Source: Candidatus Marinacidobacterales bacterium (lineage in GTDB: Bacteria > Acidobacteriota > Vicinamibacteria > Marinacidobacterales > SMYC01). Taken from it: 64,000 nucleotides of DNA. Position numbers and translations under genes: made by a program. Positions 55,533 to 64,000 of the stretch are shown here, one piece after another; positions within the stretch are counted from its first letter, which is position 1, and each line of letters opens with the position of its first letter. The DNA lies in assembly GCA_965237955.1 (NCBI GenBank), contig OZ250169.1, positions 192,001 through 256,000 on the forward strand, given 5' to 3'. A model generated the notes under the pieces. It made no database searches, had not been told where the DNA came from, and saw only the letters and a list, made by a program, of their open reading frames with translations.

Positions 55533-56528
55533 GTGAAGGCTGCGGTCGAAACGAAAGCCCAAAGTGGCGTCGAGCTACCACCGTGCCCGGTCTGTGGGCG
55601 CGGCGTGCCCGACCCGCTCTACTACGAATCCAACCGATATACGGAGGGTGAAGTCGTCGGACTGAGTCTCTGTCCAGAATGCCGGCTCTACTTCACCCGA
55701 CCCCGCTTGGTGCGGCACAACGTCTCCACCCGCGAGGCGGCGTACGAGGACCTCCTTCGAAAATACGAGGGCGAAGCACAAGCAGGTTTTCACAAGAACG
55801 AAAACTATCGTCTCTATCTCGACGTGGCCGAGCAACACTTCGAGATAATGGGTTACGAGCCTCCTTACTCCGTTCTCGATATCGGCTCTCACTGCGGATT
55901 CTTTCTTCGCTACGCGAAGGAGCACGGATGGACCGTTCGGGGCATCGAGCCCTCGCCGCCCCATTACCGTTTCGCCATGGAGGTGAACGGCATCGTTTCC
56001 ATCGAGTTGGGCTTTTTCGATGCGAGCTTCGACGCCAACGCGCGTTTCCATGTCGTATCGATGTTTGACGTCCTCGAGCACATTCCCGACCCGGTTTCCC
56101 ACTTACGAGAAATCCGCAAACGGCTGCGACCCGGTGGGCTCGTCCTTGCCAAGGTGCCGCACGTGAAGTTCTATCTCAAATGGTGGAGATCGGTATCGCT
56201 CGTGAGCCGAACGGGCTTGTTGCCGCGCTTTACCACGTTCGACAGCCCCCCGGTCGAATCGGAACGAAACGGGAAGGTGCTCGGCTTCTTCGATCTTTTC
56301 GAGCACGTCGTCCACTATGATGCGCCCGGCGTCGAGGCGGTCTTCGAAGCCGCCGGTTTCGAGGGAACGAGGCTCCTTCCTGCGCCGCCCACCAATCCCG
56401 CCGGACACTCCCTGAACTTCCCCAGGACGGCGACCTATCAGCTCGCCCGCATGTTGTGCGCTCTTGGAAGAAAGCCCGGCGCGCTGACGCATGGTCTGCT
56501 CATCGTCGCCCGCAACGGAGAACAGTGA
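55533..56528 (+). CDS. Class I SAM-dependent methyltransferase with an N-terminal Zn-ribbon
   Basis: CPVC..CPEC, VLDIGSHCG, DVLEHIPDP; GTG start after AGGAGG. Confidence 0.88.
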   Translation: MKAAVETKAQSGVELPPCPVCGRGVPDPLYYESNRYTEGEVVGLSLCPECRLYFTRPRLVRHNVSTREAAYEDLLRKYEGEAQAGFHKNENYRLYLDVAEQHFEIMGYEPPYSVLDIGSHCGFFLRYAKEHGWTVRGIEPSPPHYRFAMEVNGIVSIELGFFDASFDANARFHVVSMFDVLEHIPDPVSHLREIRKRLRPGGLVLAKVPHVKFYLKWWRSVSLVSRTGLLPRFTTFDSPPVESERNGKVLGFFDLFEHVVHYDAPGVEAVFEAAGFEGTRLLPAPPTNPAGHSLNFPRTATYQLARMLCALGRKPGALTHGLLIVARNGEQ

Positions 56529-56543
56529 ACGTGGAGTCTCGGA

Positions 56544-57349
56544 GGTATTGTCAAGTTGAGGTGGTGACTGACAGAATGGTCCAATGAAGACCGATGCGCC
56601 AAGCTACCACGGCTATCGATTTCCACCGGAAATCATCAGCCACGCCGTCTGGCTCTACCACCGATTCTGCGTGAGCTTTCGAAACGTCGAAGAGCTGCTT
56701 GCTCAGCGAGGCATCACGGTTTCTTACGAAGCGGTCCGACTGTGGTGTATCAAGTTCGGGCCGGAATACGCTCGGCGACTGAAGCGTCGGCAAGGTCGTC
56801 TTGGTGACACGTGGCACCTGGACGAGGTCTTCATAAAGATACAAGGCGAACGCCAATACCTCTGGCGCGCGGTAGACCAAGATGGTGATGTGCTCGATAT
56901 CCTCGTCCAGCCTCGCCGTGATCAGAAAGCCGCCAAACGATTCTTCCGCAAGCTGTTGAAGGGGCAAGGCCGCCCGCCCTGGCAGCTGGTCACCGACAAG
57001 CTGAGAAGCTACAGCGCCGCTCACCGCGAGGTCATGCCGTCCGTCGTCCACCACACCGACCAGTACAGAAACAACCTAGCCGAAGTCTCGCACGAACCGA
57101 CGCGACAACGGGAACGACAGATGCGGAAGTTTAAATCTCCTGGGCAGGCGCAACGATTTTTGACCGTGCATGGACTCGTGCAAAACCTCTTTCGCGTCGG
57201 ACGGCATTTGTTGCAAGCGCATCATCATCGGGAGCTACGAGACCGCGCCTTCATCGTCTGGCACGAGGTAACGTGTGCCGCCTGACGAGAGCAAAGGAAG
57301 TCAGCTCGACGCGATAGGTTCGCTCGATCGACGTCAACTTGACAATACC
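56544..57349 (+). mobile_element. Complete IS6-family element, transposase 56584-57285
   Basis: Both IRs present; 233-aa transposase. Confidence 0.95.
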
Positions 57350-57620
57350 GCCAAGACGCTTCCCGCCGCCGCTCGCGCGTTGTCGGACTGTGATCTCGTG
57401 CACTGCTTGATGGAGCCCTATCTTTCCACCGCTTCGCTCGTTTGCCTGCTCAAGGGCCGGGTCCTCCAAAATCTGACGTATACCGCGCGCCAAATCATCG
57501 GGGCAATCGGGCCGCACCAAAAGCGCGTTTCTCCCGTCCTCGAACAGCTCGCCCAGCGACGGAAGATCAGACGCAACCACAGGACGCTCCGACGCCATCT
57601 ACTCGAAGGCTTTGAGGGGC
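57350..57620 (-). pseudogene. GT4 C-terminal fragment
   Basis: MASERPVVASDLP..GRNALLV. Confidence 0.65.
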
Positions 57621-57694
57621 GACGTCTCCCGAGGCAGACGTTCCACGGATTCGATTGGTGGCGGCTTCGCTTCTCTGTGTTACTTTCTACATGA

Positions 57695-58858
57695 ATGGTC
57701 ATCACCATCGCGACCGGCATCTTCCCTCCCGACATCGGCGGACCCGCGACTTACAGTCACCGGCTCTCGAAAGACCTCGCCGCACGCGGCGACGACGTCC
57801 GCGTCGTGACCTACAGCGACCGGCCGACCTCCCGGGAGGCGGACCAGCCGTTTCGGCTCACGCGGGTCTCGCGTGACGACATACTGCCCGTTCGCTATTT
57901 GCGCTATTTCCAGGCGACCCAGCGCCAGTCCCGAGCGTCCAAAGGCTTGTATCTGCTGGACGCTGTAGGAGTGGGACTACCTGCGGCGATGGCGAGTCGG
58001 AGACTGGGAAAGCCGTTCGTCCTGCGCGTCGTTGCCGATTTCGCGTGGGAGCTGTCACAGCTGAGCGGGCATCGCGACTCCTTCGAAGTGTTTCAGGAAA
58101 AACGACATGGTCTGCTTCTCGAAACCGTTCGGGCGGTACAAAAACGCGTCGCGAAGCGCGCCGAACGAGTGATCGTGCCGAGTCGCTATATGAGAGACAC
58201 GCTGATCCGCTGGGGCGTCGAAGCGAGCCGGTTGACCGTCATACCGAACGCGACGGATCCCGCACCGATTTCGACAGGTCCGACCAGGGACGAAGCACGC
58301 CGTCGGTTGGGAATCGAAGCGCAGGCCCTCCTGAGCGCGGGCCGTCTCATTCCGTTGAAAGGTCATGAGCGGCTCGTTGAAATGATGCCCGCGCTCGTCG
58401 ATTCCGCTCCGGGGACGACACTCTACATCGCAGGATCGGGACCGGAGAAGGCAAAGCTCCGAAATAAGATCGCTGAGCTTCGGCTCCACCATGTCGTGCA
58501 TCTGGTCGGATCCCTGGAACGTGAAAAACTGCTGGAGCTCTATCGCGCCTGCGACCTCTTCGTCCTTCCATCCGAGCACGAGGCATTTCCGCACGTCCTG
58601 CTGGAAGCCATGGCCGAAGGCCTCGTCCCGGTGGCGAATTCTGTCGGTGGCGTGCCGGAGATCGTCGATGACGGCGTCTACGGCATCCTGGTACCGGTCG
58701 ACGAGCCGGGGCGGTTCCAGAAGGCCGTCTCGGAACTCCTGTCGAACCCGAAGCGCCGCGCGCAGCTGTCGCGCGGTGCCAGAGAACGCGCTCGCGATTT
58801 CGACTGGGATGATACGTTGAGAAAGACGATCGAGGTGCTCGAAGAGGCATTCGGCTAG
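57695..58858 (+). CDS. GT4 glycosyltransferase
   Basis: TGIFPPDIGGPATY, AGRLIPLKG, EAFPHVLLEAMA. Confidence 0.93.
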   Translation: MVITIATGIFPPDIGGPATYSHRLSKDLAARGDDVRVVTYSDRPTSREADQPFRLTRVSRDDILPVRYLRYFQATQRQSRASKGLYLLDAVGVGLPAAMASRRLGKPFVLRVVADFAWELSQLSGHRDSFEVFQEKRHGLLLETVRAVQKRVAKRAERVIVPSRYMRDTLIRWGVEASRLTVIPNATDPAPISTGPTRDEARRRLGIEAQALLSAGRLIPLKGHERLVEMMPALVDSAPGTTLYIAGSGPEKAKLRNKIAELRLHHVVHLVGSLEREKLLELYRACDLFVLPSEHEAFPHVLLEAMAEGLVPVANSVGGVPEIVDDGVYGILVPVDEPGRFQKAVSELLSNPKRRAQLSRGARERARDFDWDDTLRKTIEVLEEAFG

Positions 58859-59116
58859 TGCCCCGTCCAGGAAGTCAGGTTGCCTTCGAGCGCCGATGCA
58901 TCCGCGCGGGCGTGGGAAAGCGCTCGCCGCGACAGATACGCCGAGCTTTGCTGAAAGGTCAGACTCAGGCGCTCAATGAACGAGGTGTTCCATGTCGAGA
59001 AATCCTCCGAGTGATTGAGCGCTTCTTTGAATCGCCACGCGGCTCCATGAACGGCTCTACGTTAAACCTTAACGACGCGGTCGTTCCTTCGTGTCTTGAG
59101 GAGCTGGCCACGCAAC

Positions 59117-59922
59117 GGTACTGTCAAATTGAGCTGGTGACTGACAGAATGGGCCAATGAAGACCGATGCGCCAAGCTACCACGGCTATCGATTTCCACC
59201 GGAAATCATCAGCCACGCCGTCTGGCTCTACCACCGATTCAGCGTGAGCTTTCGAAACGTAGAAGAGCTGCTTGCTCAGCGAGGCATCACGGTTTCTTAC
59301 GAAGCGGTCCGACTGTGGTGCATTAAGTTCGGGTCGGAATACGCTCGGCGACTGAAGCGTCGGCAGGGTCGTCTCGGTGACACATGGCACCTGGACGAGG
59401 TCTTCATAAAGATACAAGGTGAACGCCAATACCTCTGGCGCGCGGTAGACCAAGATGGTGATGTGATTGACATCCTCCTCCAGCCTCGCCGTGATCAGAA
59501 AGCCGCCAAACGATTCTTCCGCAAGCTGTTGAAGGGGCAAGGCCGCCCGCCCTGGCAGCTGGTCACCGACAAACTGAGAAGCTACAGCGCCGCTCACCGC
59601 GAGGTCATGCCGTCCGTCGTCCACGACACTGACCAGTACAGAAACAACCTAGCCGAAGTCTCGCACGAACCGACGCGACAACGGGAACGACAGATGCGGA
59701 AGTTTAAGACTCCGGGACAGGCGCAACGATTCTTGACCGTGCATGGACTGGTGCAAAACCTCTTTCGCGTCGGACGGCATTTGTTGCAAGCGCATCATCA
59801 TCGGGAGCTACGAGACCGCGCTTTCATCGTCTGGCACGAGGTAACGTGTGCCGCCTGACGAGAGCAAAGGAAGTCAGCTCGACGCGATAGGTTCGCTCGC
59901 TCAATGTCAACTTGACAATACC
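59117..59922 (+). mobile_element. Complete IS6-family element, transposase 59157-59858
   Basis: Both IRs present; 233-aa transposase. Confidence 0.95.
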
Positions 59923-59985
59923 CTGGCGAGCTGTCGTTGTAGCGCGACGTCGCATGCGAGCTCCGCTGTTCCAACCTAGCGGGAG

Positions 59986-61650
59986 ATGCTGAGGAATCTC
60001 ATCGAGCTGTGGCCCGGCGGGCCGTCGGTCACTCTGGGTGGCTACCTCGTCGGCTCCAAGTACGTTTTTTCCCTTTTGGTCCTCGCGTGGGCGGTGTCTC
60101 TCCTGCGGTGGCCGCGCCGGGCTTGGCTCGTCGCCGGTACGCTCGTGCTGGCCGCGTCGAGTCTCCTCGTGCTTCAAAAACCTCTAGGCCGCGCGTATGG
60201 AGTCGTCGAGGAAGGTCGAGGGATCGCAGAGCTCGGCGAGGTGATGGTGGTCGCCGCACGGGGTACCGCGTCCGATGGGCGGATGGTGAGCGAGCCTCAC
60301 CCGAGCCCTCTCTGGGGATATTTCGTGGCAACCCTGTCTGGCTTTCGCGGCGAACGGGTGCTGTCGCTCTACCCGTGGCTTCCGCTGTTCTCGCTTCTCG
60401 GCCTAGGCGTTGCGGTGGCATGGTCGGTTGGACGGCTCCACGAATCGGAGGATCTCCCCGCGGGTGCGCTTCCCGCTGTCACCGCATTCGTCGTCCTGTT
60501 CTTGAGCTCGCATCGTTTGAGCTTTCTCCGCGATGAGGGACCGTTTTGGACCGAGTATTTTTGGCTGACACCAGGAGTCGGGATCGCCTTCGCCGCGCTT
60601 TGCGTCTGCTGGCGCTTGCTCGGAGCGAGCTCTTGGATCGGTGCCGCTATCACTTTCGGTCTTGTCACTGGCCTTGAGCCTCGTCTCGCCGTGTGCTTCG
60701 GTCTCGGTGTCGTCGCGTGGATGGTCGCGAGCCGGAAGAGTCTATGGCGCGAGGCCATGGTGCTCGCTGTCGGAGCGATCGTGCTCGTCGCGTTCGGCGG
60801 CTTCAGGCCGGTGACGCTCCCTGCCGAGTTCGGAACGTGGCACGACGGGATCAACCGCGTGCTCTCGGTTACGATCGATGCTGGGCTCGTCTTCCTTCTC
60901 GCCGCGCTCGGTGTCGGGTGGCTTTTGCGCTCCGAACGAAAAGCTGAGCTCGTGCTTGCTTGGAGCGCGAGCACGGCATTGTTGCTTTGGATCGTGGTCT
61001 CCTTCCTCCCGTGTGCCGCCGCGCTTCTCGACCCGAGAATCGTGAGCGGCTATGTGCGGCTGATGATGGCGCTCTGCGCGAGCTACGGGCTCTATCGCGC
61101 GCTTGCGGCGTGGGTCAAAGCGTTTCCGGGGATTCCGAGCGAGTGGAGGTTCGTCCCTCGCCAGCTGCGCAAGTTAGAATCGGCGCGCCTCGCGCTGATG
61201 GGTCTCGTCGTGCTCTCGTTGCCGTGGTGTTTTCCGTACTGGTGGGAGCCGGTTCGAATGGACCCGCTCTACGTCGAGAGCTTTCCCGCGGTGTCGCGCC
61301 GGTTTGTCGCGATGGGAGAGGTGCTCCGGGACACGACGGACGCCGATGCGGTGCTCGCCGCCGGGCCCAGCTATGCGCCGTGGATCCCCGCGCTCAGCGG
61401 TCGCCGCGTTCTGCTCGTGGGCGAATCGCCCGAGCGCGAACGTGCACTGGAAACGATGGTGCAATCCCGCGATCCAGATCAGATCGCGGTTGCGGTGACG
61501 GAGTGGAACGTGACCCACGTCGCATGGGGGCGACTCGACCAGCCGGAAGGCACGACGCCTGTCGATTTCGGTTTCTTCAAGCAGAGCCCGCGATTCGAGG
61601 AGCGCTATCGTGACCGTCACTGGATTCGGGTGTTCGAGTACACGCCATAG
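59986..61650 (+). CDS. Polytopic membrane protein, possibly GT-C-like
   Basis: 554 aa with many TM segments; C-terminal soluble domain (DAVLAAG..WIPALSGRRVL). Confidence 0.65.
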   Translation: MLRNLIELWPGGPSVTLGGYLVGSKYVFSLLVLAWAVSLLRWPRRAWLVAGTLVLAASSLLVLQKPLGRAYGVVEEGRGIAELGEVMVVAARGTASDGRMVSEPHPSPLWGYFVATLSGFRGERVLSLYPWLPLFSLLGLGVAVAWSVGRLHESEDLPAGALPAVTAFVVLFLSSHRLSFLRDEGPFWTEYFWLTPGVGIAFAALCVCWRLLGASSWIGAAITFGLVTGLEPRLAVCFGLGVVAWMVASRKSLWREAMVLAVGAIVLVAFGGFRPVTLPAEFGTWHDGINRVLSVTIDAGLVFLLAALGVGWLLRSERKAELVLAWSASTALLLWIVVSFLPCAAALLDPRIVSGYVRLMMALCASYGLYRALAAWVKAFPGIPSEWRFVPRQLRKLESARLALMGLVVLSLPWCFPYWWEPVRMDPLYVESFPAVSRRFVAMGEVLRDTTDADAVLAAGPSYAPWIPALSGRRVLLVGESPERERALETMVQSRDPDQIAVAVTEWNVTHVAWGRLDQPEGTTPVDFGFFKQSPRFEERYRDRHWIRVFEYTP

Positions 61651-61893
61651 CGTTTCGTTTCACACGCTGGAGTCGAGCGAGGCTCGTGGGGACAACCGCA
61701 CCACCGGTAGGTTTATCGAACCGCAGAGCACACAGAACTCGCAGAGAAAAGCTAGGGGGTCGCCGTTCTGGGATGTCGTCGTTGATAGAATCTATCCCGA
61801 GCGGCATTGTCGCGGGTAGGTCTTCGAATGGCAGTGTGCGCAGCAATTGGTTCAAGCCAACTTGTGGTGCCGTCTCGGTAGACAAACTCGATG

Positions 61894-62247
61894 CTACCGA
61901 TCTTGTTTCTGTTTCTGGCCCTTGGCTTCCTTGAGCGCCAGCGCTTGCGCGAGCTTTTTCACTTGGTCGTCGAGCTTGGTGATGCGGACCGAGAACTGCA
62001 GGCAGACGAGCACGAGTAAGATCAGCGTGAAGAAGAAGAGCGTCGACGTCGGCAGGACAGCACCGATGAGGCGCGTCAATACGACCAGCAGGTCGTACCA
62101 CACCGCGAACACGAAGATCGTGATCGCGGTGAGGACCCAAAGGACAGAATACTCCTCGCGCAGCTTGCGGCGCCGCACTAGCTCAACGATCAAAACGAGG
62201 AGGGCGACGCTGATGATCAGCGCGACGACTTGTTGGCGGATTGGCAT
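61894..62247 (-). CDS. DUF2304 family membrane protein
   Basis: LVRRRKLREEYSVLW..KKLAQALAL; downstream of a GT2 gene. Confidence 0.85.
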   Translation of the reverse strand: MPIRQQVVALIISVALLVLIVELVRRRKLREEYSVLWVLTAITIFVFAVWYDLLVVLTRLIGAVLPTSTLFFFTLILLVLVCLQFSVRITKLDDQVKKLAQALALKEAKGQKQKQDR

Positions 62248-63012
62248 CTACACAGACTTGGGTCTCCGTCCCAACGTCGCCAAGAACATGGAAAAGAGCA
62301 TCTTGAACACGTAGTAGAGAGGCATGGCGCCGTCGTGCATGGAGCGGCCTCCCTGGGACGGGTGCATGACGACGGGCACTTCGGTGAGACGAAGGCCGGC
62401 GTAGTGGAGGTCGATGAGAACGTCCGCGTCGGGATAGTCGTGAGGGAAGTGGCCGCCGGTGAGAGCCTCCGTCGCTTTTCGGTTCATCGCCCACAAGCCC
62501 GAGGTCGGGTCGGTGATCCGCCGGCCCGTCAGCCGCGACGCTAGCCACGAGAACAGATGGTTTCCGAGCTTGCGACCCCAAGGCGCCTGGTAGCTCGACG
62601 GGATCAGAAACCGCGACCCGATGGTGACGTCGGCGGCATCCTCGAAGATGGGCGTGAGGATGTCGGCGAGCGAGATCGGATCGTGTTGTCCGTCTCCGTC
62701 GAGCTGAGCGACATAGTCGTAGTGGCCTTGGACCGCGAATTGATAGCCGGTCTCGAGCGCGCTGCCGTAGCCGAGGTTGAAAGAATGGCGGGCGACGATG
62801 GCTCCGGCATCGAGAGAGCGCCCCTCGGTGTCGTCACTAGAGCCGTCGTCTACGACGAGCACATCGGCATGCGGGTGTTCGCGGTGGACTTTCTCGACGA
62901 CTCCAACAAGCCGTGGTCCCTCGTTGAACGCGGGTACGATCACGAGAAGCCGGCGGCGCGACTTCGACGAGACGCGTTCCGCAGTTTCGTTGGTTGTTAC
63001 ACCCGTTGACAT
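62248..63012 (-). CDS. GT2 glycosyltransferase
   Basis: PAFNE, VDDGSSD, NLGYG, DGDGQH, GSRF, DPTSG, DYPD. Confidence 0.92.
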   Translation of the reverse strand: MSTGVTTNETAERVSSKSRRRLLVIVPAFNEGPRLVGVVEKVHREHPHADVLVVDDGSSDDTEGRSLDAGAIVARHSFNLGYGSALETGYQFAVQGHYDYVAQLDGDGQHDPISLADILTPIFEDAADVTIGSRFLIPSSYQAPWGRKLGNHLFSWLASRLTGRRITDPTSGLWAMNRKATEALTGGHFPHDYPDADVLIDLHYAGLRLTEVPVVMHPSQGGRSMHDGAMPLYYVFKMLFSMFLATLGRRPKSV

Positions 63013-63067
63013 CGTCGACTCAGCATTCTGAGGTAGTATTACACAACCCGTAGAGAGACTGCTACCC

Positions 63068-64000
63068 GTGAGAGAGCTCGGCGTCATGAACATCGGCGTG
63101 ACCCGCTACGCGCTCCCGCTCGGCCCGACCGAGCTCAAGAAGATGGAGCACCTCGGTCGGCTGGCGAGCCTCCACGTCGTCGGATTCTCGCCGTCACTCC
63201 GATACCAGCGCGCATCCGAGCCGGTCGAGTTCTACTTGTTGCCGCTCGTCCCCATCGCCGCGCTCAGGCTCGTCTTACTTGTTGTCGCATCGACGGTGCT
63301 TGGGCTTCGTCTCGTCTACCGTGGGAAAGTGCAGCTCGTCTTGAGTCAAAGCCCCTACGAAGGTCTCGCCGGGATTTTCGTGCGGGGGGTCGCATGGGTG
63401 ATGCGTCGTCGTGTCGTCGTCGTCACCGAAGTCCACGGTGATTGGAGCGAATCGCCCTTTCTCTATCACCGTGTCCCGTTGAGTGCCGTTTTTCGTCCTA
63501 TACTCGCGGCGTGGGCGAGTTTCGTTCTGCGACGCAGTGATCGCATCCGTACTATTTCTAGATTTTTGGAGCGGCGGATCGCCGCAGTGGCGCCCGAAGT
63601 CCCGCTGCATCGCTTTCCCGGGTACACCGATTTCGAGCTCTTCGACGACGCGACCGAGCCGTCACGTTCCGACACCCGGGTGTTGTCGGTGGGTGCGCTC
63701 TACCCGGTGAAGGGCTTCGATACCCTGATCCGGGCGATGAAGCAGGTAACGTCCAAACGGCCGGAGGCGACGCTCCATCTCGCGGGCGACGGTCCGATGA
63801 AACGCGCGCTCCGTGAACATGCGGCGCATCTCGGGGTCGAAGCGTCTCTCAGGCTTCTCGGCTCGTTGTCACCGACCGATCTTCGAAAAGAGTATCGCAG
63901 TGCTCGACTGTTCGTGCTGCCTTCTTTGTCCGAAGGGTTGGGGCGTGTCGTGTGGGAGGCGATGGCGTGCGGGCTTCCCGTGGTTGCGTCCGATGTCGGC
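63068..64000 (+). CDS. GT4 glycosyltransferase, runs off the window end
   Basis: Frame from GTG 63068 / ATG 63086 reaches base 64000; VGALYPVKG, LFVLPSLSEGLGRVVWEAMACGLPVVASDVG. Confidence 0.88.
   Translation, partial: MRELGVMNIGVTRYALPLGPTELKKMEHLGRLASLHVVGFSPSLRYQRASEPVEFYLLPLVPIAALRLVLLVVASTVLGLRLVYRGKVQLVLSQSPYEGLAGIFVRGVAWVMRRRVVVVTEVHGDWSESPFLYHRVPLSAVFRPILAAWASFVLRRSDRIRTISRFLERRIAAVAPEVPLHRFPGYTDFELFDDATEPSRSDTRVLSVGALYPVKGFDTLIRAMKQVTSKRPEATLHLAGDGPMKRALREHAAHLGVEASLRLLGSLSPTDLRKEYRSARLFVLPSLSEGLGRVVWEAMACGLPVVASDVG

Overview
GC-rich bacterial accessory region (host not identifiable from the sequence) that is saturated with nested and decayed mobile DNA. Elements present: IS6 (3 complete 806-bp copies plus remnants), IS5/IS903-group (2 complete), IS3, IS21 derivatives, an IS110 end with 138-bp mini-elements, integrase-core-domain elements with about 104-bp terminal inverted repeats, a partial RIT element, remnants of several group II introns, and a DUF2924/serine-recombinase module. 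Intact or near-intact cargo in the left half: a SEL1-repeat protein, a UxxC ArsC-like selenoprotein missed by the ORF track (in-frame TGA plus SECIS-like hairpin), a three-gene defence operon (fused REase-MTase, specificity subunit, RxxxxH HEPN-like protein), a truncated orphan cas5, an alpha-carbonic anhydrase and an outer-membrane beta-barrel. The right half (about 27.3-64 kb) is a fragmented surface-glycan locus with GT2, GT4 and GT-C-like membrane glycosyltransferases, two asnB-type amidotransferases, SAM methyltransferases and DUF2304. No rRNA, tRNA or CRISPR array was seen. All family assignments are from motif recognition by eye, not from database searches.
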